Part shown: in pieces, positions 58,470 through 64,000 of the stretch
Layout: the number at the start of each line of letters is the position of its first letter
How positions within the stretch are numbered: the stretch's first letter is position 1
Source: a virus
IMG/VR virus record: IMGVR_UViG_3300027513_000014
Location: 51-64,050 of that record
DNA length: 64,000 bases
Strand: one strand, 5' to 3'
Made by a program: the position numbers and the translations under genes
The notes under the pieces: generated by a model
The model's input: the letters and a program-made list of their open reading frames with translations, nothing else
Databases searched by the model: none
What the model was told of the DNA's origin: nothing

Positions 58470-60335
58470 TTACTTCGCCTCCCCATAGTTGTCCCCCACG
58501 CCCACCTCAGCCATGAGCGGTAAGCCTGCACCCCACTCAGGTCTGCGTGTCATCTCCTCCATCAGGATCGCTTTAACCTCTTCAACATGCCGCACATGTA
58601 TGACGTAGCCGTTCTCGTCATGCGCCTGCTGAGCAAGGTGATACCCAAGCGGCATAATTCTTTTCTGTATGCGTGCCGCAGCGTCAAATACCAGTATCCT
58701 GTCCAGATACTGCACGATGTTCTCAAGTAGCTTCCCTCCATAGAGGCGCTTGGGTTTACCGGAAAAGGTAAACTCCCATTGGCCATCTTTGTATTGCAAA
58801 TTATGGTAATACATTCTGAGCCTGCCAGGGACATGCACCATGCCCTTCTCGATGACTACGGGACCCACCTGCATGACGTTTCCACCGTTGGCAATGATAG
58901 GTATCGCCAGAGTATTTAGCTTGGCCCATAGAGCCGGTATCTGGTAGTAAACATTACGGTAGGTATACACTATCTGTGCAGCTATTGCGTCATCCAGCTC
59001 GATGCCCTTGCCCAGCTGGTTCTTGGACATGATCCTGAGCTGCCGCTGGAACTTCATCCAACCCAGCCCGAACCCTAGCCCGAGAATCGCGGTCTTCCCG
59101 CAGAATCTGGCATCAGGATGAACTTTTTTGTTAATCTTTTTATTAAAAACAATGGACGCAAAGTTTGAATATACATCGTCTCCATTCTCAAACTGGTTAA
59201 GCAAGCTAGTCTGATCCGCAAGGAACGCCACCAGTCTCGCCTCGATCTGCGAGCTATCCACCACCATCACTTTATGATCGGGTGGTGCAGTCAAGGATTT
59301 CCTTAGCTCGCCTCCCCGCGTCATGTTTTGCACGTTTAGCTGCCAGTCCCCCGAGCCACGATGTGTATGAGCACCGGAGAACCGCACAGGCATTGGCATG
59401 TTACCTTTAACGGTAACCGGCCATTGAAGGTTGGAGATATTTATGAATCGCTGCGCGCGGGTTTCCTCTATGGTGCTTTTCGCGCCAAGTCTCGCAGCCA
59501 CCAGAGCCTGCACAATGGGATTAGGATGCTCCTCAAGCTCCAGGAACGCCTGATCTGTTTTGGCGAACGCATATAGCTCCAGCCCTGTAGTGGGTGAAAT
59601 TTTTTTAGGCGGGTCCACGCCCTGAGTGCGCAGCATGTCGGCAAACACCTCGTTTTGCCGCACAGTCTGGGCGTCTGCCCCGATAGCGCTCAGTGCCACA
59701 GACTTCGCCACCAGCACGTTATTCCGGTGCAAGGCTAGCCGGGTCTGGTCCAGCCGGAAAACCGGCTCCACGGTCATCCTGAGGATCATGTCGAGGATGG
59801 GTATCTCGCACATGGGGAACGCGCCTGATACTACCAGCGTCTTGAATATCCCCGCGCAAAGCGACACATCGTTAAGCGCGTATTCCACATAAGCGTTGTA
59901 GAGGCCCGATGCCTTGATCATCGGCAGGTCCATGCCGCGCACGCCAATGAGTGCGCTACTGTCCTTCACGCCAAGCTGCAAGTGCCGTGCTACTGCGCTC
60001 AAAGATAAGCTCGTAAGCGCATAGCGTATGGTCGCCTGCGCCACAGAAAGTGTGCAACAGAGTATCTTTGGAACAAAATTATATCGCCACGAGAGGATAC
60101 TTGCGTCGAATAGCGCGTTATGGCTAATGGTCATGAGGTCGCTGGGATCGTATCTCTTGAGATGCGAGTCTAGTTTATCGCCATCTACCCAATAGGGGGT
60201 GTTAGAGAGTCCCTCTTGGAAGGCACAGCCGTTGACCCGGAACCGGGGAGATAGTATATACTCTGCCGGGGACAGAAACTTCAGCGAGAAGTCGTCGCTG
60301 TAGTACGTCTCGAAATCGAGGAACAGAAGCTTCAT
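58470..60335 (-). CDS. polA: Family A DNA polymerase with 3'-5' exonuclease
   Basis: ExoI LDFETY; motif A DSSQIEARL; motif B RFCGKTAILGLGFG; motif C AHDE; probable start MKLLFLDFE at 60335. Confidence 0.93.
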   Translation of the reverse strand: MKLLFLDFETYYSDDFSLKFLSPAEYILSPRFRVNGCAFQEGLSNTPYWVDGDKLDSHLKRYDPSDLMTISHNALFDASILSWRYNFVPKILCCTLSVAQATIRYALTSLSLSAVARHLQLGVKDSSALIGVRGMDLPMIKASGLYNAYVEYALNDVSLCAGIFKTLVVSGAFPMCEIPILDMILRMTVEPVFRLDQTRLALHRNNVLVAKSVALSAIGADAQTVRQNEVFADMLRTQGVDPPKKISPTTGLELYAFAKTDQAFLELEEHPNPIVQALVAARLGAKSTIEETRAQRFINISNLQWPVTVKGNMPMPVRFSGAHTHRGSGDWQLNVQNMTRGGELRKSLTAPPDHKVMVVDSSQIEARLVAFLADQTSLLNQFENGDDVYSNFASIVFNKKINKKVHPDARFCGKTAILGLGFGLGWMKFQRQLRIMSKNQLGKGIELDDAIAAQIVYTYRNVYYQIPALWAKLNTLAIPIIANGGNVMQVGPVVIEKGMVHVPGRLRMYYHNLQYKDGQWEFTFSGKPKRLYGGKLLENIVQYLDRILVFDAAARIQKRIMPLGYHLAQQAHDENGYVIHVRHVEEVKAILMEEMTRRPEWGAGLPLMAEVGVGDNYGEAK

Positions 60336-60385
60336 GTTACTTTTTCCGGTAACTGCAGCGCAGGTGCTGCTATAGGAGAAATACA

Positions 60386-60598
60386 ATGGCATGGTATAAA
60401 AACAAACAGCGTGACGTTCGTCCGGCAACCCCGGAAGACGAGGGGTACGATCCGGCACTGAGCCAAGTGTTCATCAAGATGGACGATGGCACAGAGGAAC
60501 TGGTAGACGCCACGCTGCTTGGCACGGGCGATCTCCCCCCAACCCCACCGGCTGCACAAACAAGTCATGCTCGGAAGCCCGCTAACGAGCGCACTTGA
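60386..60598 (+). CDS. Lone rightward small ORF inside the leftward block
   Basis: AGGAG RBS and ATG at 60386; competes with antisense ORF 60332..60706. Confidence 0.45.
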   Translation: MAWYKNKQRDVRPATPEDEGYDPALSQVFIKMDDGTEELVDATLLGTGDLPPTPPAAQTSHARKPANERT

Positions 60599-60706
60599 CA
60601 TGGTATAAATACGATGATACATGCCCACTGACGCTTCTCTCGTGGGTGGGAACGTCATATTGCGAGCGGGGGTTGAGAGTAAGTCTCCCTCCGCTCGCTT
60701 TTTCAT

Positions 60707-61111
60707 TTAGTCTTCTAACTTGGCCAAGCCACTACGCGCTAAGCCAGCGACCATCTTCTGTGCAGCTGGACCGGGATCGTCAATATCACGCATCCCATGC
60801 TCACGCGCTTCGGCACCCGAACTGAACACCGGCACTTCAGTTTTATAATCAAACGTGCTGGAGTGAACAACGCCGGGAAAACGAAGCGCGAGCGTGTGCT
60901 CGGTGCCGTGGCACGCGAGCCATCCTCCACACAGGTGTCCGTCGCGCTGGTGACACATGAACACCTTGCGGTCCTGCTCCCACGTCTCGCCATCGTAGAG
61001 CGGCAACTTGTCATACTCGTTCTGACTCCAGATGCCGGAAGGCACGTCGCGGCGGTAGGGGCACGAGCCGCACGGCGTCGGGGGCGGCTTGGGCAGGTTA
61101 GTCTCCGCCAT
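60707..61111 (-). CDS. Cys-rich protein (DUF6283-like)
   Basis: PCGSCPYRRDVPSGIW...FMCHQ.DG.LC.GW..CHG. Confidence 0.7.
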   Translation of the reverse strand: MAETNLPKPPPTPCGSCPYRRDVPSGIWSQNEYDKLPLYDGETWEQDRKVFMCHQRDGHLCGGWLACHGTEHTLALRFPGVVHSSTFDYKTEVPVFSSGAEAREHGMRDIDDPGPAAQKMVAGLARSGLAKLED

Positions 61112-61343
61112 TGTCCCCTCCATCTTCCACTTCCGCAATCAACGCCTCCTTGACCAGCGCTACAGATATACTCAGGTTGGGCCACTCAACGATGACACTG
61201 GCCTGATCGTTCTCTTCGTACTCCGTGAACTCGCCGTACCAGTAACCGCTGTCCGGCATCAAATCATCTGGCACACAGCTCATGCTCTCTATGTCATTGA
61301 TCAACGTCAGCACTGCTTCCCTTAGTTTACCCATCTGAACCAT
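61098..61343 (-). CDS. Small acidic hypothetical protein
   Basis: GGGAG RBS; 81 aa. Confidence 0.55.
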   Translation of the reverse strand: MVQMGKLREAVLTLINDIESMSCVPDDLMPDSGYWYGEFTEYEENDQASVIVEWPNLSISVALVKEALIAEVEDGGDNGGD

Positions 61344-61547
61344 CTCCCTTAAGTTACCGTTTTCGGTAATTCACAGCTTGCGAGGTTTTCACCGGCTGAA
61401 CGACCTCTGTCCCTTTAGGACAACTGAAAGGAAAGAACCGGAACCTCGCCTTGTATTGCCTTGGTTACCATGGACGTTATGACCTATCCATAGGCCGCAC
61501 AATCGCCCGTTGCTGCTAGCGGCTGCGGGGGAGCTTCACCTTTCCTC

Positions 61548-61823
61548 TCAGGTGTTGGCGTTGGTGTTGACTCTGATCGGCACACTGACGGTGACCTGGT
61601 GAGCCAGTACCTCGTAAGTCTCGTTAGTGTGTGAGAAATACCGGGCAATCCGCGCACGGATTGCCTTAGGCTTCTGCAGGCTTGAGACGATCTCGCTGTC
61701 CCACCACTCGGAGACGTACTGGTCCAGAGTGGTGTAGGCTTCACGCTTGGTGCCCGCCAGATAGGTGTCGTGGCCATGTTTATGCGTAACGGTCACGACC
61801 CAGATGGGGATGGTTGCTTTCAC
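61548..61823 (-). CDS. Hypothetical protein
   Basis: 91 aa, GAGG RBS, coupled to the upstream gene. Confidence 0.6.
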   Translation of the reverse strand: MKATIPIWVVTVTHKHGHDTYLAGTKREAYTTLDQYVSEWWDSEIVSSLQKPKAIRARIARYFSHTNETYEVLAHQVTVSVPIRVNTNANT

Positions 61824-62065
61824 TTTGGTTCATTCCTCTTAAATATAGGACGCTCTCCACTGGCTATCCTCTCCCTGTCTCTCTGGTCTATGGCCGCCGA
61901 TTCTATCTCATTCTCTATCCTCTTCCCCCTGTCCACGGCATAGAGGTACCCAAACACAACGCCGATAAGCGCCCCAACAAACGCGTAGCCTTCCAGGTTG
62001 ATCAAACCTCCAATTGCTGCGCCTACACCGCACCATAAGGCGGCGATGAATATACGATCAACCAT
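61820..62065 (-). CDS. Small membrane protein
   Basis: Probable start MVDRIFIAALWCG with two hydrophobic helices; GGAGG RBS. Confidence 0.55.
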   Translation of the reverse strand: MVDRIFIAALWCGVGAAIGGLINLEGYAFVGALIGVVFGYLYAVDRGKRIENEIESAAIDQRDRERIASGERPIFKRNEPK

Positions 62066-62465
62066 GTTGTCCTCCATCAAGCGCTTCGACACCAGCAGAC
62101 ACCATGATCTTGTTGAACCACTCCCACTGCTTCGGAGAGAACTTAACAGTGTCATACTGTGAAGCACGAGCAAACGTCTGCGCCACGAACGTCTGCGCGT
62201 TGGGCGTGATACGCGCGTTGGACTTGAGGATAGCTTCTGCAGCAGCCTTGACCCATTGGCTTGAGACATCGGCTCTGTCGTTCTGCCACGAATAGTCGTT
62301 GGATTTGCTCGGGGCGTTGCCGTTGTTGGCAGCAAGCGTCTGGCCGTTACCGTTACCGGTAACAGGCGTGCAATGCTGGATCAACTCGATCCATGTGAAC
62401 CCATGGGAAGTGAGTGCGCTGTCTACTGCAGTCAGCACTTCATTGCTCAATGGACGACTCGTCAT
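62058..62465 (-). CDS. Hypothetical protein
   Basis: 135 aa; AGGAG RBS. Confidence 0.65.
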   Translation of the reverse strand: MTSRPLSNEVLTAVDSALTSHGFTWIELIQHCTPVTGNGNGQTLAANNGNAPSKSNDYSWQNDRADVSSQWVKAAAEAILKSNARITPNAQTFVAQTFARASQYDTVKFSPKQWEWFNKIMVSAGVEALDGGQHG

Positions 62466-62532
62466 GTGGGTAACTCCTTTTCTATCTGGTTATGAGCGAG
62501 TTACCGTTTCCGGTAACTCGCTCAGGTTTATG

Positions 62533-63924
62533 CTAGTAGCGTGCGCCCTTCGGCTTCTGCTTGGGGACCATCACCACCTCGCCCCAGGGATACTGGTTTG
62601 GTTTCTTGACGGTGCTACCCCAGATCACAGGATAGTTTGGGGTATACCCCGGGAACCTACCGTCACCATCGGTGAGATAAATCAAGCAATCCGGCTCCAC
62701 CTGATTGTCCCTTATCCAATCAAACACCGGCACGAAGCTAGTGCCTCCACCTCCTCTTACACCACGGCGTCGTATGGTGTTCAGATCATCAGGTGATTCA
62801 CACACGTCCACGTCATGCACGTGGTAGTCACACCACACGATGATCACCTTGCGCGGCTTCATATCCGTAAGCACGCCGGATACTTCAGCGAGGAACATAT
62901 CACGCTCATTGATCACGGACCCAGAGGTGTCGCCGCCTATCACGATGGTGCCTGTGCCATGCCCAGAGCGGGACGGCGCATAGATGTCCCTTGTGATAAG
63001 TCTTCTGTCCGGTACCCTCCACTCCCAGCGATCGCTTCCGATCTTGCGCGCCATGACTGCGCGAAGCTTGTCCGTCCAGTCCACCTTGGGCGTCAGAAGC
63101 TCTTTGAATAGAAGTGCTGAGCCGCCTGCACCCTTGCCTGCCTGCGTGTCCAACTCCATTGCGGCAGCTAGCTCTCTGGCCCACTTCGTCTCGCTGCGCT
63201 CGGCTATCGCAGTGGTCGGGTTCTTGCCTTGTGCCTCACCCGGCTTCAGATGCTGGTCAAAACTGCCCTCTGGGGAGTTACCGTTAACGGTAACCTTGTC
63301 AGGTTTGTCAGATTCTCCCTGATTTTGCCCCTGGTCTGGTCCATTTGGCCCATCAGGACACGGCTGACCGGGCTGGCCCGGGGGTTTGGGCATGTTACCC
63401 TGCTGGCTCGCCTGATATATTATCCTGTAAGCCTCCGTGACCGAGTGCTTCTGCGTCACCAGATGCGGCCAGTGATACCAGTCCTTATGTAGTTTTCCGA
63501 TCTTGCTCGATACGAGCATGTCGTTGACCACCAAGTCCAGAGCGACCTGTGCGATCTTGATGTCGAACGGGAGTTTGGTGCCATCAGCACAGAGCACATA
63601 CCCTGCCTGCCTCCACCTGTGAAGCAATGCGGTATGGTCCAGCACGCAGTGAAGTATCTCGTGGCCACATGCGAACACCCGGTTCATCAGGTCATACTGG
63701 AAGAATGTATCCGGGTTGGCGAGCATGACGAACCCATCGGTTGCTGCAATGGGCACGTCACGCGTGAAATACGCAACCTTCTTGTCGTTTTCCGGGTTCA
63801 TCATCGTCATGAACAGATGTGTGAACCCCGGCGCGTGAAACACAAGCGCTGTGCGAGTCTCACGCCATTGGCGTGTTTGCACTTTATCCAGTTCCGCTGG
63901 CTTGTATTTGCTCTGGTCGATCAT
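62533..63924 (-). CDS. HExxH metallopeptidase-like plus VWA domain protein (DUF2201-type)
   Basis: IAATDG, GHEILH, MIDAS DTSGS, GGGGTSF, YLTDG; probable start MIDQSKY at 63924. Confidence 0.85.
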   Translation of the reverse strand: MIDQSKYKPAELDKVQTRQWRETRTALVFHAPGFTHLFMTMMNPENDKKVAYFTRDVPIAATDGFVMLANPDTFFQYDLMNRVFACGHEILHCVLDHTALLHRWRQAGYVLCADGTKLPFDIKIAQVALDLVVNDMLVSSKIGKLHKDWYHWPHLVTQKHSVTEAYRIIYQASQQGNMPKPPGQPGQPCPDGPNGPDQGQNQGESDKPDKVTVNGNSPEGSFDQHLKPGEAQGKNPTTAIAERSETKWARELAAAMELDTQAGKGAGGSALLFKELLTPKVDWTDKLRAVMARKIGSDRWEWRVPDRRLITRDIYAPSRSGHGTGTIVIGGDTSGSVINERDMFLAEVSGVLTDMKPRKVIIVWCDYHVHDVDVCESPDDLNTIRRRGVRGGGGTSFVPVFDWIRDNQVEPDCLIYLTDGDGRFPGYTPNYPVIWGSTVKKPNQYPWGEVVMVPKQKPKGARY

Positions 63925-64000
63925 GTGGGTTACTCCTTTATGCACGCGATGATGAACTTCACGCGGTCGAACTTGGTGTTGTACCTGGCACACACATCAG

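Larger units (their letters stand above)
570..63294. repeat. Dispersed 18-bp interrupted palindrome, oriented consensus GTTACYKTTHHCGGTAAC, about 40 copies
   Basis: Start positions read by eye: 570,1271,2450,2728,2793,4039,4174,4269,4556,5604,9019,10911,15591,16718,20336,25498,28492,32044,33425,34928,36371,39497,42425,42535,46116,46412,46796,49058,50934,52789,53793,55817,57194,58755,59400,60336,61353,62346,62500,63277. Of these, 29 are exact GTTAC-N8-GTAAC. Confidence 0.95.

Noticed and set aside
61396-61435. Hammerhead ribozyme
   Set aside because: CTGAACGA does not fit CUGANGA and the stem order is not canonical.
570-63294. The 18-bp motif as an SOS (LexA) box or restriction site
   Set aside because: It does not match alphaproteobacterial GTTC-N7-GTTC, E. 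coli CTG-N10-CAG or Gram-positive GAAC-N4-GTTC boxes; restriction sites would be depleted, not enriched.
63937-64000. Exact circular join of the window end to base 1
   Set aside because: The last bases read best as the C-terminus of a different protein (DVCARYNTKFDRVKFIIACIKE), which is not in frame with the ORF leaving base 1, so sequence is probably missing between them.
1-64000. tRNA, rRNA, integrase or att site
   Set aside because: None recognised by eye; tRNAscan-SE and HMM searches would be needed to exclude them.

Overview
The window is most of a tailed dsDNA phage genome (podovirus-like Caudoviricetes). The host is not determinable from the sequence, and I saw no integrase, tRNA or rRNA. 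Leftward genes at 1-5.5 kb include a MoxR-type AAA+ ATPase. From 5.8 to 46 kb the genes run mostly rightward: a muramidase, a leftward terminase pair, portal, scaffold, major capsid, adaptor/nozzle, several fibre/spike genes, a GH19 endolysin, ejection proteins including a 2471-aa polyvalent protein, and an HNH nuclease. A leftward replication block at 46-64 kb encodes a primase-helicase, SNF2-like helicase, VRR-NUC and PD-(D/E)XK nucleases, a family A DNA polymerase and a VWA/HExxH protein. Two observations stand out. (1) At 51587-52806 a nuclease-less IS110/Nop-domain gene is flanked on BOTH sides by arrays of 36-37-nt units (AGCCA-spacer-GAGAGWACCA-spacer-GAGCG, 11 units, 22 distinct spacers). 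This is the architecture of a TIGR-Tas RNA-guided system (TasA type). (2) An 18-bp interrupted palindrome GTTAC-N8-GTAAC occurs about 40 times across the window (29 exact by my manual count), both between genes and inside coding sequence. It suggests a genome-wide operator/stoperator or DNA-organising system, and one copy sits at the head of the TIGR-like array. Also noted: a perfect 44-bp palindrome, an exact parS consensus and a candidate origin region. All calls come from reading motifs by eye; no database searches were run.
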